A stretch of 56,090 nt of DNA from an uncultured Methanosarcinales archaeon. GTDB lineage: Archaea; Nanobdellota; Nanobdellia; Woesearchaeales; JABMPP01. Below, in pieces: positions 37,473-45,806 of the stretch. The stretch is from contig CAZSAD010000002.1 of the NCBI GenBank assembly GCA_964604995.1, positions 40,434 through 96,523 of the forward strand, given 5' to 3'. The notes below the pieces were generated by a model. It made no database searches, was not told the origin of the DNA, and was given only the letters and a program-made list of their open reading frames with translations. How positions within the stretch are numbered: the stretch's first letter is position 1; each line of letters begins with the position of its first letter. The translations under genes and the position numbers were made by a program.

Positions 37473-38279
37473 ATGCAATCAAAAATTAAACAATCAAAAA
37501 TACAGCCTAAGATTGCAGTTGTGTATATGAGGGAAGGCAGTGATGAACATTTACTATCTTTAACAACTATTAAAAATGAACTTAAAAAAAGAAAATTAAA
37601 TTTCTCAATTATTGTAAGGGATAAATTAGTAAGTGGAATGATTGATAACAAAGATATTGTAATTGTAGTTGGTGGAGATGGGACTTTTCTTAAAGCATCA
37701 CACTATGCACTAAATGGACAAATATTATTTGGGATAAATTCTGATCCAAAAAATAAAGAGGGTTTTTTTCTTAATACTTATAGAAAAGATTTTCCAAAAA
37801 AATTAGATCTTTTATTAAAAGGAAAAGCTAAAATTCTAAATTTATCAAGGCTTGAAGCGAAACTTGATGGTGAAACAATTCCTTTAGCATTAAATGAAAT
37901 CTTTATCGGAGACCCTAAACCTTATAGGATGTCATATTATACCTTGGTAATTGGTAAACATTCAGAATGCCACAGGACATCAGGACTTTTAATATCAACT
38001 CCTTCTGGAACGCATGCATGGGCAGGTTCAGCTGGTGGCGAGAAATTAAATTTAAAATCAAATAAATTCGAAATTGTAGCAAGAGAGCCTTATATTAGAA
38101 GATTAAACAAGCAAAAAATATTTGTTAAAATATTAGATCCAAAAGATGAAGTTGAAATAATTTCAGACATGAGGCGAGGAATTGCAGTTGTAGATTCAAT
38201 ATCTAAAGAATTTAATTTTAGTTTTGATCAAACAATAAAAATTAAGGTTTCTGATAAATGCTTAAGAATGGTTGTTTAA
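37473..38279 (+). CDS. nadK: NAD kinase
   Basis: VIVVGGDGTFLKA motif and LISTPSGTHAWAGSAGG (NAD kinase motif II). Confidence 0.85.
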   Translation: MQSKIKQSKIQPKIAVVYMREGSDEHLLSLTTIKNELKKRKLNFSIIVRDKLVSGMIDNKDIVIVVGGDGTFLKASHYALNGQILFGINSDPKNKEGFFLNTYRKDFPKKLDLLLKGKAKILNLSRLEAKLDGETIPLALNEIFIGDPKPYRMSYYTLVIGKHSECHRTSGLLISTPSGTHAWAGSAGGEKLNLKSNKFEIVAREPYIRRLNKQKIFVKILDPKDEVEIISDMRRGIAVVDSISKEFNFSFDQTIKIKVSDKCLRMVV

Positions 38280-38340
38280 AAGCTATTCAAAATATTCTTC
38301 TTATAACATTTTATAACTTTTAGAAATTTAGAAAATAAGT

Positions 38341-38613
38341 TGCGAGCACGCCCAAAAATCGGCAAGAGGCTACCAAAACAGTTGGATCCTTGAACCTCCT
38401 CAACTCCGCTACCCTCCAAGCATCTTCGCCTGCAGTTAGTGCTGCTCCATTCCTGGCCTGACACATTTCCCACGAGTAAAAATCCTGAAGGACAAAGTTT
38501 CATAGTACTTACAAGGACTGCTTTGACAGTCCAAACCTTTCCTTAGGCTTCGATCCCATCATGAAGCCGGTTGATGGCAACAGGAGACGGCTACCCTCCC
38601 GATCTAGCTCGCA
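38341..38613 (-). ncRNA. ffs: signal recognition particle RNA (7S/SRP RNA)
   Basis: The reverse complement contains the helix-8 signature GTCAGGCCAGGAATGGAGCAGCA. The 5' TGCGAGC pairs with the 3' GCTCGCA. It is a GC-rich island followed by a T-rich run on the minus strand. Ends are good to about +/-5 nt. Confidence 0.85.
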
Positions 38614-38693
38614 TTATGAAGCAATAAATAAGGGTTTAAAAGGGTTTGCGAAAGAATTTAATCTTTATTTTATATTATGTATTGATACCTTCT

Positions 38694-39176
38694 TTATTTT
38701 CTTTCAAAATCAACAAACGAATATTTATGATCATCTTGATAATGCTCTTCTTTTAGAACTGTCCATTCTTCTTTATTAAATTGCGGAAAATATGAATCAC
38801 CTTTGAATTCTTCTTCAATAAATGTAAGATAAAGTCTTTTTGCATGTGGCAAAAAAAGTCTAAATACTTGTTCTCCACCAATTACCATTGCTTCATTAGC
38901 ATCTTTTGAATGTGTGATTGCTTCTTCTACAGATGTAACAATTATACAACCTTCAACACTATAATTTTTATCTCTTGTAAGAATTATATTTTTTCTATTC
39001 GGAAGTGGCCTTCCAATACTTTCAAATGTTTTTCTTCCCATAATAACCGGTTTACCTGATGTAATTTGTTTGAATCTTTTCATATCAGCTGGAAGTTTCC
39101 AAGGAAGAGAATTGTCTATTCCAATCACATTATTTTTACCCATTGCAGCAATCATGGAAATTATCATATTATTCAC
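38694..39176 (-). CDS. folA: dihydrofolate reductase
   Basis: ISMIAAMGKNNVIGIDNSLPWKLPADMKRFKQITSGKPVIMGRKTFESIGRPLPNRKNIILT matches the FolA signature. Confidence 0.9.
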   Translation of the reverse strand: MNNMIISMIAAMGKNNVIGIDNSLPWKLPADMKRFKQITSGKPVIMGRKTFESIGRPLPNRKNIILTRDKNYSVEGCIIVTSVEEAITHSKDANEAMVIGGEQVFRLFLPHAKRLYLTFIEEEFKGDSYFPQFNKEEWTVLKEEHYQDDHKYSFVDFERK

Positions 39177-39229
39177 ATTAATTAATATTAAAATATATCA
39201 GGTTTATAAATAGTCAAATTATAATCTTA

Positions 39230-40075
39230 TTAAACAGCCATTGGAGCTTTTATTGGTAAATGGCATTTGTAATTTTCAAGTCTAATATCTTTCATTGTAA
39301 ATTTATCAATACTTTTTATTGTTGGATTTAACCAAAGTTTTGGAAGTTCAAATGGTGTTCTTGTTAGTTGTTCTTTAACTTGATCAAAATGATTGTGGTA
39401 AATGTGAGCATCTCCTAAAGTATGAATAAATTCTCCTGGTTTTAAATTGGTTACTTGTGCAACCATTTGTAAAAGTAGTGAGTAAGATGCAATATTAAAT
39501 GGGACTCCAAGGAACATATCACATGAGCGTTGGTACATTTGTAATGATAATTTTCCGTCAGCAACAAAGAACTGGAAGAATGTGTGGCAAGGAGGAAGAG
39601 CCATTTTATCTATTTCTCCAGGATTCCATGCATTTACAATTATTCTTCTGCTTGTTGGATCTTCTTTTATCATATTTATTGCATTCATTAATTGATCAAT
39701 TTCTTTTCCATCTACCGATTGCCATCTTCTCCACTGAACACCATAAACTCTTCCTAGATCTCCAACAAATTTAGCTTTAGGTTTCCAATAAGAAGCATTA
39801 GCATTTGCTGTCCATATTGTCTTTTTTTCACTGCTTCTAGTTTCATGTAAAATTTCAGCAAGTCGTCTTTCATCATTTGATCCTTCAATAAACCATAAAA
39901 GTTCAGATGCAACAGCATTCCATGCAAGTTTTTTTGTTGTAATTGCAGGAAAGCTATTTTCTAGGTTAAAGCGCATTTGCATTCCAAAAACTGCTCTTGT
40001 ACCTATGCCTGTTCTATCTTTTCTATCTGTTCCATTCTCGAGAACATATTTTAATGCATCTAAATATTGTTTCAT
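39230..40075 (-). CDS. thyA: thymidylate synthase (ThyA type)
   Basis: Colinear with E. coli ThyA: MKQYLDAL..VLENGTDRKDRTGIGT, MALPPCHTFFQFFVADGKLSLQMYQRSCDMFLGVPFNIASY, IKAPMAV. Confidence 0.95.
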   Translation of the reverse strand: MKQYLDALKYVLENGTDRKDRTGIGTRAVFGMQMRFNLENSFPAITTKKLAWNAVASELLWFIEGSNDERRLAEILHETRSSEKKTIWTANANASYWKPKAKFVGDLGRVYGVQWRRWQSVDGKEIDQLMNAINMIKEDPTSRRIIVNAWNPGEIDKMALPPCHTFFQFFVADGKLSLQMYQRSCDMFLGVPFNIASYSLLLQMVAQVTNLKPGEFIHTLGDAHIYHNHFDQVKEQLTRTPFELPKLWLNPTIKSIDKFTMKDIRLENYKCHLPIKAPMAV

Positions 40076-40168
40076 AAAGAGTGCAATTTATCTAAATTTT
40101 AAATAGGTTTTGCTTTTTTAGTGGAATTATAGAAATATATCATTTTCAAATCATTTTTAGATTATTAT

Positions 40169-40768
40169 TTAATCAATCCAACTTGCAATATTTTTCATAA
40201 AATCATCAACAATTTTCTCTCTATATTTTAATAGTTCATGTTCAGTATTTATTTTTTCAAGTTCTATTTTATAGATACCACTCAAATATCTTGAAATATT
40301 TCCAATCTCAGTCAATTTTTTTAGAATTTCTCCAATTTTATAATAAAGACTTTGAAAAGTTTTTTTATTACCTATAATTTCTGATGCATCGGCAATTAAG
40401 CTTGCTAAATCATCATGAAGTTTTTCAAATTTAATAAGGGTATTATGCAGTTTTAATACATCTTCACTGATTATCTCTTTATTAGAAAATAATTTCTCTT
40501 GATGTTGTGAGTATATTTCTTTGGCGTATTTTTTTACAAGATTGTCTTCGCTATCAATATGATTAAATATATTATTAAAATGACTACCTAGAACATGAAG
40601 ATGTTCCTCTCTAAATTCATATACTTTTGAGATATTTACACCAATAACATTATTTTTTTCTATAGTTATTTGTTGTCCATCACTTTTTTTAAGAGCAATA
40701 GTAAGAATTCTATAAAAACTCTGTATTCCCTTAATGTGAAAATCAAAACCTTTTTTATGTAGGAACAT
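40169..40768 (-). CDS. hypothetical protein (helical)
   Basis: 199-aa ORF with no recognisable motif. Confidence 0.5.
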   Translation of the reverse strand: MFLHKKGFDFHIKGIQSFYRILTIALKKSDGQQITIEKNNVIGVNISKVYEFREEHLHVLGSHFNNIFNHIDSEDNLVKKYAKEIYSQHQEKLFSNKEIISEDVLKLHNTLIKFEKLHDDLASLIADASEIIGNKKTFQSLYYKIGEILKKLTEIGNISRYLSGIYKIELEKINTEHELLKYREKIVDDFMKNIASWID

Positions 40769-40908
40769 GTTTAACCAGTGCTTTATGAATTTTACAAATA
40801 TATATTACTTGTTATTTTAATGCTTCATTCACTAAAGGTTAATTAAAGAACATCTACAAAAATGAAAATATTTTTTCATTTTAAATTCTCAAGATTTATG
40901 CAATTTTA

Positions 40909-41886
40909 TTACAAATAGTTTAACATCCAAACAATAATATATCCTAGAAAACAGCCAGCACTGATAAATGGCATTGCAGGATAGAATTTTCCTTTTTCTG
41001 ATTTATAGAGTAAAATAAAAAGAGCCAAAGCAGATAAAATTACAACAATCATTGTTTCTAAAAATGCGATTGGAACAGGGATTGAATCTGCAATTAATGT
41101 TTTCAATACTACTCCTGCGAAAATTAAAGGAAAGCCAATGTCTCCCCCACCAAGAATTGCACTTCTAACTTTACCAGGCTTATTTTTTGCAGAAAGTTTT
41201 ATTGATTCCATTTTAGTTTGTATTTTTCCAGATTGTATTTTAGATTCATTATCATCTGTAGATTTGTGTTTCTTATTTTCTTTATCATCTGTTTTATATG
41301 GTACAAATAATCCAGCAAACAATTTACTTTCTGATTGAAACTCTGCCATTTTTACCATATGTTTACTTTTCCAGACAGCATACATATCATAAACTGAAAT
41401 TATAATAAGTAACATAACTCCTGAAAAAATATTTAGAATTGGAGTAAATATTGCAGCAAGTCCACCGTAAATCAAAATTTCTGTTAAGTTATGAACATAA
41501 AAATTAGGTCTTAATATTTTCCAAAGTGCAAATATAATTGCAAGTGTTAGAGCAATATATTGGGGCAAGTATGCAGCAATTGCAATTGTTAAAGTTCCCA
41601 TAACAGCAAAGAAATACCATAATTTCCATAAACCAATTCTTCTAAATTTGATAAGGAGCAGTAATAACAAAGTTCCAATAACTATTGCTGCAACAATATA
41701 AAGATAAGAAACTGATTGTTCAACTTGTGGTCTTTCAACATTGAATGGAAGATTACTAAATGTACTTGCGCCTGTTTCTTGAGTTGCTTTAACATCTAAA
41801 TAACTTAAAACAATGCCTAATCCTATTATTTGTGCAGTTATAAATATTGCAATAAGAACAAATGTAACATTCCAAGTATGCTTCAT
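40909..41886 (-). CDS. presenilin/signal-peptide-peptidase-like intramembrane aspartyl protease (A22 family)
   Basis: Polytopic membrane protein with the YD motif (ISVYDMYAVW), GxGD motif (ILGGGDIGFPLIF) and a PAL-like motif (YPAMPF) in the canonical order. A hydrophilic loop lies between the two catalytic TMs. Confidence 0.75.
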   Translation of the reverse strand: MKHTWNVTFVLIAIFITAQIIGLGIVLSYLDVKATQETGASTFSNLPFNVERPQVEQSVSYLYIVAAIVIGTLLLLLLIKFRRIGLWKLWYFFAVMGTLTIAIAAYLPQYIALTLAIIFALWKILRPNFYVHNLTEILIYGGLAAIFTPILNIFSGVMLLIIISVYDMYAVWKSKHMVKMAEFQSESKLFAGLFVPYKTDDKENKKHKSTDDNESKIQSGKIQTKMESIKLSAKNKPGKVRSAILGGGDIGFPLIFAGVVLKTLIADSIPVPIAFLETMIVVILSALALFILLYKSEKGKFYPAMPFISAGCFLGYIIVWMLNYL

Positions 41887-41939
41887 TTTTCTTAAGATAT
41901 TGGGAACTTATATAAACTTAAGCATTCCTTTTTCTCTCT

Positions 41940-42407
41940 ATGAAGCTTGGAAGATTTGTGGAAATTAGAGTTTTTTGTAAAGAAGATGAAGATGAATTAA
42001 AAATAACACAAACTTTACTTACTTTAGTTCCAATTAATTTTGAAGATGAAAAAATAGTTGTTCATAGAAAAGTTGCAATGGGGTTTAATGAGCGTAAAAT
42101 TATAATTCTAACAATTGAATTGAAAAAAGATAGACACATAAATTTATTTATAAAAAAACTGTTTTCAAAATTAACAGCAGAACAAAGGGAACTAATAATT
42201 AAACAAATTGATTCAAGAGTAGATGATGAACTTAATTTCTTTTTAAGACTGGATAAACCTGCTCTTATGAAAAATGAAAAATTTAAGATTACAGATACTG
42301 GAAATTGTTTTCACATAAGAATAAATGTTGCAGCATATCCAAGTAAAAGAGAAGTTGCTAAAAAAATTATGCAAGAAGCACTTTTAAAATATAAAGATAA
42401 AAATTAG
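41940..42407 (+). CDS. DUF54/COG1931-like RNA-binding protein (predicted exosome-associated)
   Basis: EIRVFCKEDEDELKITQTL...ELNFFLRLDKPAL resembles the conserved ...lylRlDKQ.A ending of this archaeal family. Confidence 0.5.
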   Translation: MKLGRFVEIRVFCKEDEDELKITQTLLTLVPINFEDEKIVVHRKVAMGFNERKIIILTIELKKDRHINLFIKKLFSKLTAEQRELIIKQIDSRVDDELNFFLRLDKPALMKNEKFKITDTGNCFHIRINVAAYPSKREVAKKIMQEALLKYKDKN

Positions 42408-42431
42408 GTATGGATATAAAAATTCTTAAAA

Positions 42432-42926
42432 TTATTTTTGCTGTGAATTATTCTGCTTTTCTTCATCAATCATTCTTCTAACAGTTCTTTCTACTTCTTG
42501 TAATGTTGCATATTTCATTGGATCCCACATATTAACATACTTTTCAACAACTTTTAAATCCTCTTTTTTTGCAAATGTTTGAAATTCATTTATCATAAGT
42601 TTTATCTTGTTTTGAACATCTGCAATATCTCTTTTCATCTCATTTAATTCTGCATTTATTGTTTTTATTTCAACACTTAAATTCTTATGATTAGTTAACA
42701 TATTTTGTTCAAGAATTTGACTTTTTTTCCTAAGATTGGAATATCTTTCCTCAGCAATTCTAAGCCTTGCACTAAGGCTATTTAATTCATTATAGATTGG
42801 AGTTACATCTGTTGTGTTATTAGAATGTTTAAAGAGACCTCCACTTTTATCTTGTCCAGGTGGCTGGAGTATCATTCCTTGTCCCATATCTTGCGGTTGT
42901 TGTTGATCTGCCATTTTATAATCCAA
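42432..42926 (-). CDS. hypothetical coiled-coil protein with Q/P/G-rich N-terminus
   Basis: 164 aa with a central heptad region (LSARLRIAEERYSNLRKKSQILEQNM...INAELNEMKRDIADVQNKIKLMINEF). It is divergent from the RHH/ATPase operon. Confidence 0.6.
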   Translation of the reverse strand: MDYKMADQQQPQDMGQGMILQPPGQDKSGGLFKHSNNTTDVTPIYNELNSLSARLRIAEERYSNLRKKSQILEQNMLTNHKNLSVEIKTINAELNEMKRDIADVQNKIKLMINEFQTFAKKEDLKVVEKYVNMWDPMKYATLQEVERTVRRMIDEEKQNNSQQK

Positions 42927-43096
42927 TATAATTCAAATATTATTTTAAGGTATATTTAATATTAATGTAATATTAGTATAATAATGCATTATATTACTTT
43001 AAGATATTAAATTTTGCGTGAGTATATCAAAGTAGTGTTATTTAAACTGGTAATTTGGTTAATTCTTCCAAAAATCTTAAATACTAAACATATTAT

Positions 43097-43217
43097 ATTA
43101 TCATATATTTAAATAGATTATCATATAAAATATATATTATCATATATTATTATTTGTTAATCATACACAATTATTGATCATAATTGATTATTTTTATAAT
43201 CATTTTATAATCAATAT
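43097..43217. promoter_or_regulatory. periodic array of A/T-ATCAT-A/T repeats (operator- or iteron-like) in a divergent promoter region
   Basis: Three exact ATTATCATATA copies at 43097, 43117 and 43136. Variants TTAATCATACA (43157), ATTGATCATAA (43173), ATAATCATTTT (43196) and ATAATCAATAT (43207). Core spacing between the ATCAT-containing copies is 17-22 nt. Confidence 0.6.
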
Positions 43218-43220
43218 CTA

Positions 43221-43409
43221 TTGAAACCTACTGAAAAACAGAGGGACACATTGAAAAAACCAATTAGTGCAACAATTGATAAAGAACTTATTGTTTGGGT
43301 TGATAAAGAAATAGAGACCAAACGCAAGTTTAGAAATCGTTCTCATCTTATTGAATATGCAATAGACCTTCTAAAAAAAGAGGAAAAGAAGGAAGAAAAA
43401 AGAGGATAA
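43221..43409 (+). CDS. ribbon-helix-helix (CopG/MetJ-like) DNA-binding protein
   Basis: KKPISATIDKELIVWVDKEIETKRKFRNRSHLIEYAIDLLKK is a classic RHH pattern (beta strand, helix, helix). The likely real start is the TTG at 43251, after AGAGGGA. Confidence 0.65.
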   Translation: MKPTEKQRDTLKKPISATIDKELIVWVDKEIETKRKFRNRSHLIEYAIDLLKKEEKKEEKRG

Positions 43410-43415
43410 AAGAAA

Positions 43416-45719
43416 ATGCCTAGTGTAAGTCAAAATAATGACTGGGAATATGAAGTAGTTAGAGAAGGAGAAGATAGGATACTTAAAATAAATTGTGAAG
43501 ACTATCCAAAACTTCCTTCTCTTGAAGACGACCAGTATACGATGTCCAAAACATTTGATATCATATTAGAAGCTAGAAATATCACAAAAATTGTATTTTC
43601 TCAAAGAAGAGACTATGAATATGATTTTGCCCAAACACAATTCATGATTGAACTAGCAAATTTTTATTCAAGTGTTGTCAGAAAAGGACTTTTAGGATAT
43701 CAGAATATTGGCGGTACGTCTTATGGTCCTTACTATGCAGAAAAATATGGACAAATACAAACTTTGATGAATACTATTTTCAAAAGAGACCCGCTTGGAG
43801 CTTATGTTGAATTAAAAAGAGTGTTAAGAGAAGAACAAATAATTCTTGAAAAAACATTTGATTCTATTTTAAAGCAGGGCACTTTAAGGTATATCCAATT
43901 ATTAAATTTTCTTGTAAGAGAACTTGAAAAAACAAGAATAATTACAATTGCTTCTCCCTACTTAGCAGGATTTCAAATTGGTGATAGATCTGCTTATAGA
44001 AGAATATTCATTCCAACAGTAAAGCCAGATTTTATGTTCACAAAATTAATGGCAACATATCCTAATGATGGCGAAGAACTTGATAATTATTCAGTTGGTG
44101 AAACAGAAGTTACAATATTTACTTTACCTGGAACAGTTCAATATCTATATCATATAATGCCTCCCGAATTTAGATTAGATGAAGATAAATATGAATTGCT
44201 TGATATGGCAAGAAAAATTCTATCTGAACATAAACCAACAAAAAGCGAATTTGTTGATCCAAAAAGTGTAAGGCAAGTTTTTTTTAATATTGGCAAAGAT
44301 TTGATAGAAGAACTAGCAGATTATAAACAATTAAAACTTCGCGATAAAGAAATTGATGAATTAACTGAAATTCTAGTTAGATATACTATTGGTTTTGGTT
44401 TAATTGAAGTTTTGCTCGCAGATGAAAAAATTCAAGATATTAGTATTAATAGTCCAATGGGTCAAACACCAATTTTTATTGTTCATCAAGATTATGATGA
44501 TTGTGTAACAAATATAATTCCAGTTGGAGCAGAAGCTGAGTCTTGGGCATCAAAATTAAGATTAATGTCAGGAAGACCCTTAGATGAAGCTGATCCAATA
44601 CTTGATACTGAACTTGAATTGCCCTATGCAAGTGCAAGAGTTGCAGCAATTACAGCCCCACTTGATCCATCGGGACTTGCTTTTTCATTTAGAAGACATA
44701 GGGACAAACCTTGGACACTGCCACTTTTTATTAAAGCAAAAATGTTAACGCCTTTAGCAGCAGGACTTCTTTCATTTTTAATTGATGGGACAAGAACTAT
44801 GTTAATTGCAGGAACTAGAAGCTCTGGTAAAAGCAGTTTACTTTCTGGATTGTTGGTTGAAATTATGCGCAGATATAGAATAATTACAATTGAAGATACT
44901 TTAGAATTACCTGCAAATCAACTTCGAAAACTTGGTTATAATATTCAACAAATGAAAGTTGCATCAGCTTTAACTAAAGAAGGAAGTGAAGTTCGAGCTG
45001 AAGATGGAATTCGTGCAACACTTAGACTTGGAGATTCAGCATTAATAGTTGGGGAAGTTAGAAGCAAAGAAGCGACAGCATTATATGAAGCAATGAGAGT
45101 TGGCGCTGCTGCAAATGTAGTAGCTGGAACAATTCATGGCGATTCACCTTATGGTGTTTATGATAGAGTTGTAAATGATATTGGAATTCCAAAAACCTCC
45201 TTTAAAGCAACTGATATAATTGTTGTTGTAAATCCAATTAGAAGTCCAGATGGTATACATAGAATGAGGCGAGTTACACAAATAACTGAAGTTAGAAAAA
45301 GATGGGAAAATGATCCTTTGCTTGAAGGAGGTTTTGTTGATTTAATGAAATATGATGTTAAAACTGATGAACTTTTACCAACATCTGAACTTCTTAATGG
45401 AGATTCTGAAATTCTTAAAACAATAGCCGGAAACATCAAAGATTTTGCAGGTAATTGGGATGCTATGTGGGATAATATACAATTAAGAGCACAGATAAAA
45501 GAAACACTTGTAAATGTTTCAAAAGAAATAAACAATCCGGATATGCTTGAAGCACCATTTGTTATCAAAAGCAATGACATGTTTCATAAATTTTCAGAAA
45601 AAGTTAAGCAAGATACTAATTATTTAGATTCAAAAAGAATATTCGATGAATGGAAATCATGGCTTGATAGGGAAGTTAAAAAGAATAAATTCAATGAAAC
45701 TTCACAAAGTGGTTACTAA
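43416..45719 (+). CDS. type II/IV secretion-family (FlaI/ArlI/PilB/VirB11-like) hexameric ATPase with an enlarged N-terminal region
   Basis: Walker A AGTRSSGKSSLL, IITIEDTLEL box, Walker B ALIVGEVRSKEA and His box AGTIHGDSP in canonical order. About 460 aa precede the Walker A. Confidence 0.85.
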   Translation: MPSVSQNNDWEYEVVREGEDRILKINCEDYPKLPSLEDDQYTMSKTFDIILEARNITKIVFSQRRDYEYDFAQTQFMIELANFYSSVVRKGLLGYQNIGGTSYGPYYAEKYGQIQTLMNTIFKRDPLGAYVELKRVLREEQIILEKTFDSILKQGTLRYIQLLNFLVRELEKTRIITIASPYLAGFQIGDRSAYRRIFIPTVKPDFMFTKLMATYPNDGEELDNYSVGETEVTIFTLPGTVQYLYHIMPPEFRLDEDKYELLDMARKILSEHKPTKSEFVDPKSVRQVFFNIGKDLIEELADYKQLKLRDKEIDELTEILVRYTIGFGLIEVLLADEKIQDISINSPMGQTPIFIVHQDYDDCVTNIIPVGAEAESWASKLRLMSGRPLDEADPILDTELELPYASARVAAITAPLDPSGLAFSFRRHRDKPWTLPLFIKAKMLTPLAAGLLSFLIDGTRTMLIAGTRSSGKSSLLSGLLVEIMRRYRIITIEDTLELPANQLRKLGYNIQQMKVASALTKEGSEVRAEDGIRATLRLGDSALIVGEVRSKEATALYEAMRVGAAANVVAGTIHGDSPYGVYDRVVNDIGIPKTSFKATDIIVVVNPIRSPDGIHRMRRVTQITEVRKRWENDPLLEGGFVDLMKYDVKTDELLPTSELLNGDSEILKTIAGNIKDFAGNWDAMWDNIQLRAQIKETLVNVSKEINNPDMLEAPFVIKSNDMFHKFSEKVKQDTNYLDSKRIFDEWKSWLDREVKKNKFNETSQSGY

Positions 45720-45806
45720 AATTTAATTACTATCAATATCAAATGACAATAAAATTTTGTAAATAAAAAATAAAAGATGTAAAAGAAAAGAGGTGTTTTT
45801 TCTTTT

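Noticed and set aside
38276-38779. ORFs 38276-38503 (-) and 38561-38779 (+) in the GC-rich patch
   Set aside because: Both lie over the SRP RNA gene (helix-8 signature and terminal pairing seen), and the second also runs into the folA 3' end. They are open only because the RNA is GC-rich.
42927-43220. AT-rich repeat-bearing divergent intergenic region, considered as a replication origin (ORB or iteron-like)
   Set aside because: There is no orc1/cdc6 gene nearby and no inverted ORB-type pairs flanking an unwinding element. The repeats abut an RHH gene, which makes an operator the simpler reading. This cannot be excluded without skew analysis of the whole genome.
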